Of a DNA stretch of 64,000 nt, positions 1 to 8,992 are shown piece after piece. This stretch comes from Candidatus Binatia bacterium. Its GTDB lineage: Bacteria > Desulfobacterota > Binatia > UBA9968 > JAJDTQ01. A model generated the notes under the pieces. The model was not told the DNA's origin, ran no database searches, and worked only from the letters and a program-made list of their open reading frames with translations. The translations under genes and the position numbers were made by a program. The stretch spans positions 4,256,001 to 4,320,000 of the forward strand of contig OY762897.2 in NCBI GenBank assembly GCA_963666515.2. Direction: 5' to 3'. Positions within the stretch are counted from its first letter, which is position 1; every line of letters starts with the position of its first letter.

Positions 1-2
1 AA

Positions 3-368
3 GAATTCACGGCGGTCCTCGGAAGATGCCGACCACAGTGGATCATCGACATTCGAGCTGTTCCAAGATTCGATAGAATTGCAGCGTCCCGCAGTGAGGC
101 GTTCAGACTTTTTGAAAAACTCGGCGCGACATATGTGGACCTTTTCGGGCGGCTAGGTATCAAGTCATATGATTCGGCAGAATCTAATCCAATCAATTGG
201 GGTGGAGCGGTCGTTGACCTGCTAAGGAACACGGGTCGACAGGGACCGTACGTATTTCTGTTGGACAATGAAAAGCTGACAGCCCGAACACGACTGATTC
301 TGCCCGGGGTCGTGGGAGAACTTGTAGGGGACGGGCTACGAATTGAGACTATTGCTCATGTAAAGTGA
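3..368 (+). CDS. C-terminal part of a hypothetical protein (5' end outside window), possibly DUF488-like
   Basis: The frame of ORF 135..368 is open back to base 3 (EFTAVLGRCRPQWIIDIRAVPRFD...). IIDIRAVP loosely resembles the DUF488 (V/I)D(V/I)RxxP motif. Composition is visibly lower in GC than the neighbours. Confidence 0.45.
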   Translation, partial: EFTAVLGRCRPQWIIDIRAVPRFDRIAASRSEAFRLFEKLGATYVDLFGRLGIKSYDSAESNPINWGGAVVDLLRNTGRQGPYVFLLDNEKLTARTRLILPGVVGELVGDGLRIETIAHVK

Positions 369-523
369 GTGGTGGAGGGTATTTGAAGATGCCGCGAGAC
401 GGAATCATGGCGTATTCGCCAAGTGTCGCGACTTGCACTCTTTTCCACACTCTAGCAGTGTGAGGGGTGGCCTTTTAGCGAGATGGTTGTGAATCGTTAT
501 AGAGGTATAAGCTGGAGGCCCCA

Positions 524-1378
524 ATGAGTAGAGTCAAGGAAGTGCTCGACCGGCAGGGAACCCTGGTCATGCCGGGAGTGTACGACGCCCTGAGCGCCCG
601 CATCGCCGAGCGCGCGGGCTTCGACGTCATATTCACCACCGGCTACGGCATCTCGGCGACTATGCTGGGCGAGCCGGATTTCGGCATCCTCACGCAGACC
701 GAGATGCTGAGCACCATCTACCGCATCTGCGGCGCGGTGCCGACGCCGGTCATCGTGGACTCGGACACCGGCTACGGCAACGCGGTGAACGTGGTCCGCA
801 CCGTCAACGAGCTGATGCGGGCCGGGGCCGCGGGCATGTTCCTGGAGGACCAGGTGTGGCCCAAGCGCTGCGGGCACATGCGGGGCAAGCAGGTGGTGCC
901 GCTGGACGAGTATCTCAAGAAGCTCAACGCCGCGGTGGCGGCGAAGGACGGCGGCGATCTCTTCATCGTGGCCCGCACCGACGCGCGCCAGGCCTTGGGC
1001 CTCGACGAGGCCATCCGGCGCGGCATCGCCTTCAAGGAGAACGGCGCCGACGCCGTGTTCATCGAAGCGCCGGAAAGCCGCGACGAGATGCGGGAGATCG
1101 CCCGCAACGTGCCGGGGCCGCTGGTGGCCAACATGATCGAGCGCGGCGTCACCCCGCTGATGACGCCGGCGGAGTTGGGAGAGCTGGGTTTCGCGTTGAT
1201 CGTGTGGCCGGTGGGTCCGCTCTACTCAGCGGCCCAGGCGCTCAAGAACTACTACGCCAACCTCCGGGAGATGGGCACCGCGGAGGCGCTCATGGACCGG
1301 CTGCTGCCGTTCGACGAATTCCACCAGATCGTGGGGCTGGAGGAGAAGTACGCTCTGGACGAGAAGTACCGGACGTGA
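524..1378 (+). CDS. Isocitrate lyase/PEP mutase family protein (methylisocitrate lyase / carboxyPEP mutase-like)
   Basis: Motifs PGVYDALSA, DSDTGYG, LEDQVWPKRCGH, ARTDA, FIEAP; GGAGG RBS upstream. Confidence 0.9.
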   Translation: MSRVKEVLDRQGTLVMPGVYDALSARIAERAGFDVIFTTGYGISATMLGEPDFGILTQTEMLSTIYRICGAVPTPVIVDSDTGYGNAVNVVRTVNELMRAGAAGMFLEDQVWPKRCGHMRGKQVVPLDEYLKKLNAAVAAKDGGDLFIVARTDARQALGLDEAIRRGIAFKENGADAVFIEAPESRDEMREIARNVPGPLVANMIERGVTPLMTPAELGELGFALIVWPVGPLYSAAQALKNYYANLREMGTAEALMDRLLPFDEFHQIVGLEEKYALDEKYRT

Positions 1379-2321
1379 GGCTTTCCCTCAACGGCTCCCT
1401 CAGCGGCAGCGGCGTCATGGCCCCGTCGGGCAGTTCCACCAGCATCTCCCTCAACTCTCGCAGATCGACCCGCAGCTTAAGCTCCAGGATCTGCCGTATG
1501 AGGTCCGCCATCAGTTCGGTGTCGCTGGCGCGGCCGTCGCGGTAGACCTGGAAGTAGGCCTTTCCCTCCATCAGTCCCACCTTGGCGTGCTGGTAGATCA
1601 CCCGCACGGGCGTGCCTTTGGGCACCCGCGGGAACAGGTACGCGATGTCCTCGGGATAGAGCCGGATGCAGCCGTGGGTCACGCGGCGGCCGATGGCCCA
1701 GGGGTTGTTGGTGCCGTGGATGCCGTAGGTGGTGGCGGACAGCCGCATCCAGTACTTGCCCAGGGGGTTGTCGGGACCCGGAGGCACGACCTTGCGCGGG
1801 TGCTCCATCTCCGCCTGGATCGATTTCGGCACGTACCAGGTGGGGTTGGTCCGCTTCTCTCCGATGCGGTATTCGCCGGCCGGGGTCTCCTGGCCCTCGA
1901 CGCCCACGCCCAGCGGAAAGGTCATGACCCTGGAGTCGGGCAGGTAATGGTACAGCCTCATCTCGGCGATGTTGAGGACCAGCCCCTTCCGGGGACCGCG
2001 GGGAAGAATCCACTGGGAGGGGATGTTGATCAGCGAACCGCCGGGCAGCCAGCGGTCCACGCCCGGGTTCGCGCGCTCCGCCTCGCGGTAGCCCAAGTGG
2101 TGAAGGCGGGCGATGTCGAGGAGGGTGTCCTCGGATCGCGCAAGGTGTGTGCGCGGGGCGCCGATGATGGTGGATGCGTGCCCGCCTCCCGGGCCGTCGC
2201 CGCCCGAAGGCTCCCGATACTCGAACGCGGTGTCGCCGGGCTTCCACTCGTATCCCATGGACGGCGGGACGAGCACCGCCAACCCCACGACCGCCAACAC
2301 AGCGCACAAAGTGAGTCTCAT
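1290..2321 (-). CDS. L,D-transpeptidase (ErfK/YkuD family) with signal peptide and LysM-like domain
   Basis: Hydrophobic N-terminus; LNIAEMRLY, NPTWYVP, VPPGPDNPLG, YGIHGTN and catalytic HGCIRL. Confidence 0.9.
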   Translation of the reverse strand: MRLTLCAVLAVVGLAVLVPPSMGYEWKPGDTAFEYREPSGGDGPGGGHASTIIGAPRTHLARSEDTLLDIARLHHLGYREAERANPGVDRWLPGGSLINIPSQWILPRGPRKGLVLNIAEMRLYHYLPDSRVMTFPLGVGVEGQETPAGEYRIGEKRTNPTWYVPKSIQAEMEHPRKVVPPGPDNPLGKYWMRLSATTYGIHGTNNPWAIGRRVTHGCIRLYPEDIAYLFPRVPKGTPVRVIYQHAKVGLMEGKAYFQVYRDGRASDTELMADLIRQILELKLRVDLRELREMLVELPDGAMTPLPLREPLRESLTSGTSRPERTSPPAPRSGGIRRTAAAGP

Positions 2322-2470
2322 ACGACCGTCCTCGTCATCGCCTTGCCCCCGTCCCGTCCCCGGCGCGGGCGGGATCGGGTGCGTGAATCCGTTTGTAACG
2401 GAGGGTCAGTTGAAATTTGTCAACGTGGACTATACCATCTTTTGCCCATACCGTTTAGGAAGGACCGCAA

Positions 2471-3334
2471 ATGCCGTTCGTTGCCGCACTGGCCGCAAGC
2501 CACGCACCCAACATGCTGCTCGACCCGGGCGCCGAGTGGGAAGAGTTCATGAAGCTGCACTACCGCATGGCGCCGCAGGCGGCCGGCGCCAAGCCCTCGC
2601 TGGAAGTACAGCAGCAATTGCGCACGGACGCGGAGAACGCCTTGTCCGTGCTTCGCTCGGACCTGGAGGCCGCCCGACCCGACGTGCTGATCGTGGTAGC
2701 CAACGACCAGTTCGTGAACTTCTTCTTCGACAACATCCCGACGTTCTTCGTCACGCTGGCGGATGAGGTCCGCGGCCGGTTCACCCGCTACAGCTTCCAC
2801 TATCGGAACCACCCGGAGCTGGGCCGGGCGATCCTCGAGGCCGGGGTGGCGGCCGGACTGGATCTGTCCTTCGGCGAGGACATCGAGTTGCAGCACACGC
2901 AGATGGTGCCGCTGCACTTCCTCCTGCCGGAGCCCGACATCCCCATCCTGCCCATCTTCGTGAACACGTGGATCGATCCGTTGCCGACGCCGGCCCGTTG
3001 CCACGCGCTGGGGAGCCTCATCCGGCAGGTGGCGGACGCCGCCGCCGACCGAGTGGCGATTCTCGCCACCGGCGGGCTGTCGCACTTCCCCGGCTCGCCC
3101 CGCATCGGCGAGATCGACACGAGCTTCGACGAAGGGCTGCTCCGGCAGATGCGCGCCGGCGAGGGCACGGCATTGGCGGAACTCACCCTGGAGCAGTTGC
3201 GCCAGTCGGGCAACTCCGAGTTCCTGAACTGGATGGTCACGGTCGGAGCGGTGGGCGATACCCCGGCCTCCGACACCTTCTACATGCCCGACCACGTCGC
3301 CACCGGGTGGGGCTTCGTCAGTTGGAAGATCTGA
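2471..3334 (+). CDS. Extradiol ring-cleavage dioxygenase, class III (LigB/MhpB-like) catalytic subunit
   Basis: N-terminal SHAP, PDVLIVVAND, ATGGLSH, GNSEFLNW motifs; AGGA RBS. Confidence 0.85.
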   Translation: MPFVAALAASHAPNMLLDPGAEWEEFMKLHYRMAPQAAGAKPSLEVQQQLRTDAENALSVLRSDLEAARPDVLIVVANDQFVNFFFDNIPTFFVTLADEVRGRFTRYSFHYRNHPELGRAILEAGVAAGLDLSFGEDIELQHTQMVPLHFLLPEPDIPILPIFVNTWIDPLPTPARCHALGSLIRQVADAAADRVAILATGGLSHFPGSPRIGEIDTSFDEGLLRQMRAGEGTALAELTLEQLRQSGNSEFLNWMVTVGAVGDTPASDTFYMPDHVATGWGFVSWKI

Positions 3335-3579
3335 TGAGCCGCTACCACCTGAACCGCTTCCTGTTCGACCTGAAGATGAAGCCGGACACGCTGGACCGGG
3401 CGCGCGTCGACCTGGACAAGGCCCTGTCGGACTATGAACTCAGTGCGGAGGAGGTCGCGGCCGTCAAGTCCGGGGACCCGCGTCAACTGCGGCCGCTGGG
3501 CGCTCACGGGATGCTGTCGCTCTACCTGATGCGGCTGGACCCGGAGTTCGACGACAACATCTATTGGACGCAGAAGTGA
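3334..3579 (+). CDS. LigA-like small (alpha) subunit of ring-cleavage dioxygenase
   Basis: ATG overlaps the previous stop (TGATG). 81 aa MSRYHLNRFLFDL...YELSAEEVAAVKSGDPRQLRPLGAH matches the LigA helical pattern. Confidence 0.75.
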   Translation: MSRYHLNRFLFDLKMKPDTLDRARVDLDKALSDYELSAEEVAAVKSGDPRQLRPLGAHGMLSLYLMRLDPEFDDNIYWTQK

Positions 3580-3644
3580 ACGTTCGCCGGCGCGCCGCCT
3601 CGGGGTGAGCCGGGCGAACACCGCAACGCAACGAGGAGCTTCGG

Positions 3645-4436
3645 ATGGATCTGGGATTGGCAGGCAAGGTGGCGCTGGTGGGCGGCGCGAGCCAGGGAAT
3701 GGGAAAGGCCATCGCCCGGGGTTTCGCCCGGGAAGGCGCGAAGGTGAGCATCTGCGCCAGAGGCGGCGAGGCGCTGGAGCGCGCCGCGGACGAGATCCGG
3801 CAGGCGACGGGAGGCGAGGTCCTCGCCACGGTCGCGGACATGTCCAGGTACGACGACATCCGTAATTTCGTGGACAGGAGCGTCGACGCCTTCGGACGCG
3901 TGGACGTGATCGTGAACAACGCCGGCGGCCCGCCGTTCGGAGCGTTCGACGCCTTGAGCGAGGACGACTGGATGGCGGCGTACAACCTGAGCCTGATGGG
4001 CACGGTGAGGCTCACGCGCGAGACGGTGCCGCACATGAAGAAGGCGGGCGCGGGACGCATCATCAACATCACCTCCTACGGCATCAAGGAGCCCATCCCC
4101 AATCTGATCCTGTCCAACACGTTCCGCACGGGCGTGGTGGGTTGGACCAAGACGCTGTCGCGCGAGTTGGCCCCCGACAACATCCTCATCAACACGGTCA
4201 TGCCCGGACGCATCGACACCGAGCGCCACCACAACCTCAACGTGGCCCGGGCCAAGCGGCTCAACCTGCCGCTGGAACAGGTACAGGAACAGAGCAAGGC
4301 CGAGATCGCGCTGGGCCGTTTCGGGCAGTCCGAGGAGGTGGCGGACCTGGTGGTGTTTCTCGGCTCCGACCGCGCCAGCTACATCACGGGGACGGCGATC
4401 CTGATCGACGGCGGACTCGTCAGGACGCTCATGTAA
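3645..4436 (+). CDS. SDR family oxidoreductase
   Basis: GASQGMG Rossmann motif, VNNAGG, PGRIDT, ASYITG; GAGGAG RBS. Confidence 0.9.
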   Translation: MDLGLAGKVALVGGASQGMGKAIARGFAREGAKVSICARGGEALERAADEIRQATGGEVLATVADMSRYDDIRNFVDRSVDAFGRVDVIVNNAGGPPFGAFDALSEDDWMAAYNLSLMGTVRLTRETVPHMKKAGAGRIINITSYGIKEPIPNLILSNTFRTGVVGWTKTLSRELAPDNILINTVMPGRIDTERHHNLNVARAKRLNLPLEQVQEQSKAEIALGRFGQSEEVADLVVFLGSDRASYITGTAILIDGGLVRTLM

Positions 4437-4445
4437 GGAGGGACC

Positions 4446-4775
4446 ATGGTAACTTATGTGGTTCAGTGGGACCTGCCGGATCAGAAGGCCAACCTGACGA
4501 TCTACAGCAACAAGGCCAAGAACGACTGGCTGCCCATGACGCTGGCCGCCCCCGGGGTGAGGGAGATCCGCAATCTTCGCAATCCCCTGGAGGTCAGCCC
4601 CCAGGTCGCCATCATGATCGAGTTCGAGACCCTCCAGGCGTGGGAAAGTTTTATCGAGTCGCAGGACTACATCCGGATCATGCGCGAGTTGAGGATCCTG
4701 GGATGCACCAACTTCAACGCCCAGGTGTGGTTTCCGTCCCGCCACTTCCCGGAGTCACTGAAGCGGGAAGACTAG
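4446..4775 (+). CDS. Hypothetical protein, probable dimeric alpha-beta barrel (EthD/ABM-like)
   Basis: AGGAGG RBS; APGV...MIEFETLQAW...S.DY pattern typical of ferredoxin-like barrels. Confidence 0.6.
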   Translation: MVTYVVQWDLPDQKANLTIYSNKAKNDWLPMTLAAPGVREIRNLRNPLEVSPQVAIMIEFETLQAWESFIESQDYIRIMRELRILGCTNFNAQVWFPSRHFPESLKRED

Positions 4776-4792
4776 GACTCGGCCGCGCAGAC

Positions 4793-5377
4793 GTGCTTGA
4801 CCGCGCAAACAGATTCGAGATTCTCAGGACCCGAACGCCCAAAACGATTGTTGGAGACGACTTCCGTCCGGCCGCGGTGCTGGCTCCCATTCAGGAGCGC
4901 CCCGACGGGGATCATCTCATCCTGACGCTCCGCGCGGATAACCTGAGCTCCCACAGCGGTCAGGTGGCGTTTCCCGGCGGGAGCGTCGACCCGGACGACG
5001 ACGGTCCGTTGGCTACGGCGTTGCGGGAGACCGAGGAAGAGATCGGCGTCGATCCAGGCCACGTGCGCATCCTGGGCCGGCTCGACCAGGTGATGGCGGG
5101 CTACAACTTCCTGGTGACCCCTTTCGTGGGGTTGATTCCCTACCCGTACGAGTTTCGTCCCGATCCGCGGGAGACGGCCGAGGTGTTCTCCGTGCCGGTG
5201 GCGGCGTTGCTGCGGCAGGAGGCGCTGACGCTCGATTCCCGCCTGTCGCAGAGGTCGGAACCCATCTACCACTTTCAATATCGGGAATGGGACATCTGGG
5301 GCGCCACGGCCCGGATGGTCAAGCAGTTGCTCGAGCTCGTGTACGGCTACGAGGCGAAAGCGGTGAGGCCGTCCTGA
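4793..5377 (+). CDS. Nudix hydrolase, CoA pyrophosphatase family (NudL-like)
   Basis: LTLRADNLSSHSGQVAFPGG CoA motif, Nudix box ALRETEEEIG and IWGATA; GTG start inferred. Confidence 0.88.
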   Translation: MLDRANRFEILRTRTPKTIVGDDFRPAAVLAPIQERPDGDHLILTLRADNLSSHSGQVAFPGGSVDPDDDGPLATALRETEEEIGVDPGHVRILGRLDQVMAGYNFLVTPFVGLIPYPYEFRPDPRETAEVFSVPVAALLRQEALTLDSRLSQRSEPIYHFQYREWDIWGATARMVKQLLELVYGYEAKAVRPS

Positions 5378-5415
5378 CGGCTGGCGGAATGTCGAATCGG
5401 GTCGCTACAAGGCCG

Positions 5416-5724
5416 CTAGTCCAGGTCGATGTCCTTGAGGGGCTTCTCGATGGGCTCGTCCTTGGCCTTCTTGAACAGCTCCTGGAACTTGCGGTCCAGC
5501 ACCTTGCCCTTGTCCTTTTCCGCGTGGAGGATGTCGCGGTACTTCTGATCGCGCTGGGTTGCCTCTTCCCGCAGCAGGCGGCCGGCGTCCTTGAGTTCCG
5601 GCGCCTTGTGCTGGGGCGGCGGCAGCTCGTGCCGCAGTACCACGGACAGCGCGGGGTCCACGAACAAGGTCGCGCCGCAGCAGGGGCAGTCCAGCTTGAT
5701 GGTCGTGGCTTCCTGGTCGGCCAT
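5416..5724 (-). CDS. Hypothetical protein with N-terminal zinc-ribbon-like CPCC motif and coiled coil
   Basis: MADQEATTIKLDCPCCGATLFVD...; GAGGA RBS; GC3-biased codon usage. Confidence 0.7.
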   Translation of the reverse strand: MADQEATTIKLDCPCCGATLFVDPALSVVLRHELPPPQHKAPELKDAGRLLREEATQRDQKYRDILHAEKDKGKVLDRKFQELFKKAKDEPIEKPLKDIDLD

Positions 5725-5759
5725 GAGGTTTTCCTCGCTGTGCCGTAACCGGCGGCTTA

Positions 5760-6128
5760 CTAACCGCGCAGTTCGATCTGCTCGCCGTCCGGGCCGCCGA
5801 AGACGACCCGGCGCCAGCCTTCCTCCCGCGGCTCCCGCGCCGCGGTGCCGTGGGGCGCCCGCAGGAGCGGCACGCCGCGCCGTTGCAACTCCGCGACGGT
5901 CTCGTCGAAGTTGTCGGTCTCCAGGCAGAAATGGAACCCGGTCATGGAGCCGTCGCTCCGATGGGTCAGCTCCAGCACGGTGTCGCCAAGCTTGAGGTAC
6001 GCGATCTGCATCCCCGCGGTGGCTTGGTGCTGAAAATACTTCCGGAAGCCGAAGTTGTCCTCGTAGAAGGCGATGGTGCGGTCCAGGTCCGCGACGTGGA
6101 GCGCTACGTGGTCGATTCTCTTGAACAT
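5760..6128 (-). CDS. VOC/glyoxalase family protein
   Basis: IDHVALHVADL, LEL, HFCLETD, GPDGEQIEL. Confidence 0.88.
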   Translation of the reverse strand: MFKRIDHVALHVADLDRTIAFYEDNFGFRKYFQHQATAGMQIAYLKLGDTVLELTHRSDGSMTGFHFCLETDNFDETVAELQRRGVPLLRAPHGTAAREPREEGWRRVVFGGPDGEQIELRG

Positions 6129-6223
6129 GGCGATTTTCCCGCCCCACCTATAGCACGATTGCCGTCTCAAGTCCCACGGTTCCTTGCATCCGCTGCCTCG
6201 ATTCTGCAGCATGGATTCCGCCC

Positions 6224-6916
6224 ATGCCTGTCTATCGGTTGAACCGGAAACTCGCCTTTCCTTCGCCGCACGAAGCGGAGCCGAACGGGCTGCTGGCGGT
6301 GGGGGGCGACCTGGGCAGCGCACGTCTCCTGCTGGCTTACTCCATGGGCATCTTTCCCTGGTACAGCGAGGGTCAGCCGATCCTGTGGTGGTCTCCGGAC
6401 CCGCGGTGCGTCCTCGACCTCGACGACTTCCACGTTTCCAGGCGGCTGCGGCGCGTGTTGAACCAGGAGAGGTTCCGGGTCACGTTCGACGAGGACTTCG
6501 CGGGCGTGATCCGCGGCTGCGCGTCGGCCGGTCGGCCGGGTCAGGAAGGCACCTGGATCACCGCGGAGATGGAACGGGCTTACGTGCGGCTTCACGACGC
6601 GGGGCTGGCACACTCGGTGGAATGCCGGCTCGGCGAACGCCTGGTCGGGGGGATCTACGGCATCGCCCTGGGCAGGGGGTTTTTCGGCGAGTCGATGTTC
6701 CACCGGGAGACGGACGCCTCCAAGGTGGCGCTGGCGCGGCTGGTGGACCGGCTCACCGGCTGGGGCTTCCATTTCATCGACGCGCAGGTTACAACCTCCC
6801 ATATGCTAAGCCTCGGCGCGAGGGAGGTCCCCCGGAGGGATTTCCTCAAGAACCTGGACGACGCATTGCATTATCCGACCCGGCGCGGAAGCTGGCGGGA
6901 CGCGCACGAAGCCTGA
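6224..6916 (+). CDS. aat: Leucyl/phenylalanyl-tRNA--protein transferase
   Basis: GLLAVGGDL, AYSMGIFPW, WWSPDPR, TWIT, AHSVEC, FFGESMF, DASKVAL. Confidence 0.95.
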   Translation: MPVYRLNRKLAFPSPHEAEPNGLLAVGGDLGSARLLLAYSMGIFPWYSEGQPILWWSPDPRCVLDLDDFHVSRRLRRVLNQERFRVTFDEDFAGVIRGCASAGRPGQEGTWITAEMERAYVRLHDAGLAHSVECRLGERLVGGIYGIALGRGFFGESMFHRETDASKVALARLVDRLTGWGFHFIDAQVTTSHMLSLGAREVPRRDFLKNLDDALHYPTRRGSWRDAHEA

Positions 6917-6955
6917 ACGCGGGCACACGAACGACAGAGAAGGGAGGGGCCTCGG

Positions 6956-7141
6956 ATGGCCACGGTCAAGGAAGCGTTTAGCTGCAAATATCAGTCAACC
7001 AAGAATTCGGGAATCGAGGAAGCGAGCTTTTCGCCGGGAGACGAGGTGGAGGTGGTGAAGGAGTGGAGCAACGACATGTGCCTGGTGAAGAACGGCGACG
7101 GCGTGGTCTTCAACGTGCCGACGAAGAATCTCGATCTGTAA
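6956..7141 (+). CDS. Small protein, probable SH3-like beta-barrel
   Basis: GGAGG RBS; SFSPGDEVEVVKEW...CLVKNGDGVVFNVP resembles the SH3 pattern. Confidence 0.6.
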   Translation: MATVKEAFSCKYQSTKNSGIEEASFSPGDEVEVVKEWSNDMCLVKNGDGVVFNVPTKNLDL

Positions 7142-7167
7142 GGCGGCGGCCGGCAGGCCGCGGTCCG

Positions 7168-8400
7168 TCACGCGCCGCGGAACTCTTCGGGGAATAGCCT
7201 GACGGCGCTCTCGATGGGCGGGCCCGGCATGTTGATCAGGCTGCAGAACCCCTTCCCCTTGTTGAAGGCGATCACCTTCCCGAACTGCTCCACCAGCGCA
7301 TCGTTCCCCTCACCCTGCTGAACCTTCCTGAGCAGGGCGACCAGCATGTTCGTCTCCATGCGGCAGGCCGGGCACTGGCCGCAGGACTCCTTTGCGAAGA
7401 AGTCCGCGATGCGCGCCACCTCATCCACCACCGAGTCGCCTTCGGTGAGCACCTTGACCACGCCGCACCCGATGGACGAGCCGGCCTCGCGCAGGGAATC
7501 GTGGTCCAGCGGCAGGTCGAGGTTGTCGGGCAGCAGGAACCCCGATGACGGGCCTCCCGGCAGGATGGCCTTGATGCGCTTGCCGTTCTTCAGGCCGCCG
7601 CCGCATTCCTCGATCAGGTGGCGCAGGGGGGTCCCCAGGGGCAGCTCGTAGACGCCGGGCCGCTCCATCTCGTCTCCCAGCGAGAAGATCATGGTGCCGG
7701 GGCTGTCGCCCGCGCCGAAGGAACGGAACCACTCCGGGCCCTTGGCGACGATGGGCGCGATGTTGGCCAGCGTCTCCACGTTGTTCACGAGGCTGGGCTT
7801 GCCGAACAGGCCCTCGGTGACCGGGAAGGGCGGCTTCTGCCGGGGCAGGGGCTCCTTGCCTTCGATCACTTCCAGGGCTGCGGTGTCCTCCCCGGCCACA
7901 TAGTTCGACGGCGCGGCCACGGTCACGATCTCGAGGCTGAAACCGGAACCGGCGATGTCTTCGCCCCAGTAGCCGGCCTCCCGGGCTTCCCGCATGGCGA
8001 TCTCCACCGCAGCCGTGGCCGCCTCGTAGCCGTGGTTGATGTAGAGGTAGGCTTTCTCCGCCTGCACCGCGTAGGCCGCGAGGATGATGCCGTCCAGGAG
8101 AAGGTGGGGGACGTTCTCCATGAGCACGCGGTCCTTGTGGCTGCCGGGCTCGTCCTCGCCGCCGTTCATGACCACGTAGTGGGGAGTTTCGGGACATTCC
8201 AGGGTGAGGGCGAGCTTCCGGCCGGTGGGGAATCCGGCGCCGCCCCGGCCGCGCAGGCCCGAGGCCTCCACCTTGGCGATGACGTCCTGGGGGGACAGTT
8301 CTCCCAGACGGCCGACGGCCTCGTAGCCGCCTCTCGCGCGATAGGCGTCGAGCCCCTCGAGCCCCTCCACGACGCCTCGCGGGAACAGGATGCCTTCCAT
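7168..8400 (-). CDS. NuoF-like NADH dehydrogenase flavoprotein (FMN, 4Fe-4S), stand-alone
   Basis: SGLRGRGGAGFPTG, NGGEDEPGS, YVAGEDTA, NNVETLAN, PGGPSSG, ESCGQCPACR...GFC. Confidence 0.92.
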   Translation of the reverse strand: MEGILFPRGVVEGLEGLDAYRARGGYEAVGRLGELSPQDVIAKVEASGLRGRGGAGFPTGRKLALTLECPETPHYVVMNGGEDEPGSHKDRVLMENVPHLLLDGIILAAYAVQAEKAYLYINHGYEAATAAVEIAMREAREAGYWGEDIAGSGFSLEIVTVAAPSNYVAGEDTAALEVIEGKEPLPRQKPPFPVTEGLFGKPSLVNNVETLANIAPIVAKGPEWFRSFGAGDSPGTMIFSLGDEMERPGVYELPLGTPLRHLIEECGGGLKNGKRIKAILPGGPSSGFLLPDNLDLPLDHDSLREAGSSIGCGVVKVLTEGDSVVDEVARIADFFAKESCGQCPACRMETNMLVALLRKVQQGEGNDALVEQFGKVIAFNKGKGFCSLINMPGPPIESAVRLFPEEFRGA

Positions 8401-8405
8401 GACGG

Positions 8406-8729
8406 CTAAAAGACCCCGGTGTCGAGCAACTGGTAGATGAGTTCCTTGAGGGAAGGGTCGATCTTGTCCAGCCGGTCCACCTGCGGTCCGCCGGCCAAGT
8501 GCGCGACGATGTCGTCCACGTCTTCGCTCTTCACCCCGGCGTACCAGTACTTGTCGGGGTAGAGGACCATGTTGGGGCCTTCCTGGCAGGCGCCGAAGCA
8601 CATGTAGGAACGCACCTCCACGTCTTCCAGTCCCTTGGCCGCCACCCGCTCCTGCAGCTCCTTCATCAGTTCTTCGGAGCCTCGGCTCTTGCAGTCGACA
8701 TTCTGGCAGACGAGGCAGAATCGATTCAC
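8406..8729 (-). CDS. Thioredoxin-like [2Fe-2S] ferredoxin
   Basis: CQNVDC ... CFGACQEGPNMVLYPDKYWY motif; GTG start with AAGGA RBS. Confidence 0.85.
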   Translation of the reverse strand: MNRFCLVCQNVDCKSRGSEELMKELQERVAAKGLEDVEVRSYMCFGACQEGPNMVLYPDKYWYAGVKSEDVDDIVAHLAGGPQVDRLDKIDPSLKELIYQLLDTGVF

Positions 8730-8992
8730 AGGGTTTTCCTTGCCGGCAGGACCGGTTCGTCCGAAGAACCCGGTCCTTGTCCTTGAAGTATCGTTCAGGA
8801 CGGCTCGTCCCCGGCGCCGGGAGGCGCCTCGGAAAGATGTTTCCCATATTCCGACTCGGAGAGCAAATGGCGCGGCGTTCCGTGCCGGATTTCTCCCGTC
8901 TGCCCTTTTCTTTGGCCCGGATTTGTGAAACAAACACAGCTTCGATGTCGGCATGCGTCTTGCGACGTGAAAGAAAGCTCAGGAGGCTCGTT

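Noticed and set aside
1290-1378. 89-bp convergent overlap between the ICL-family gene and the L,D-transpeptidase
   Set aside because: The overlapping transpeptidase tail is low-complexity and probably a stop-codon read-through extension, which is common in GC-rich genomes; no evidence of function.
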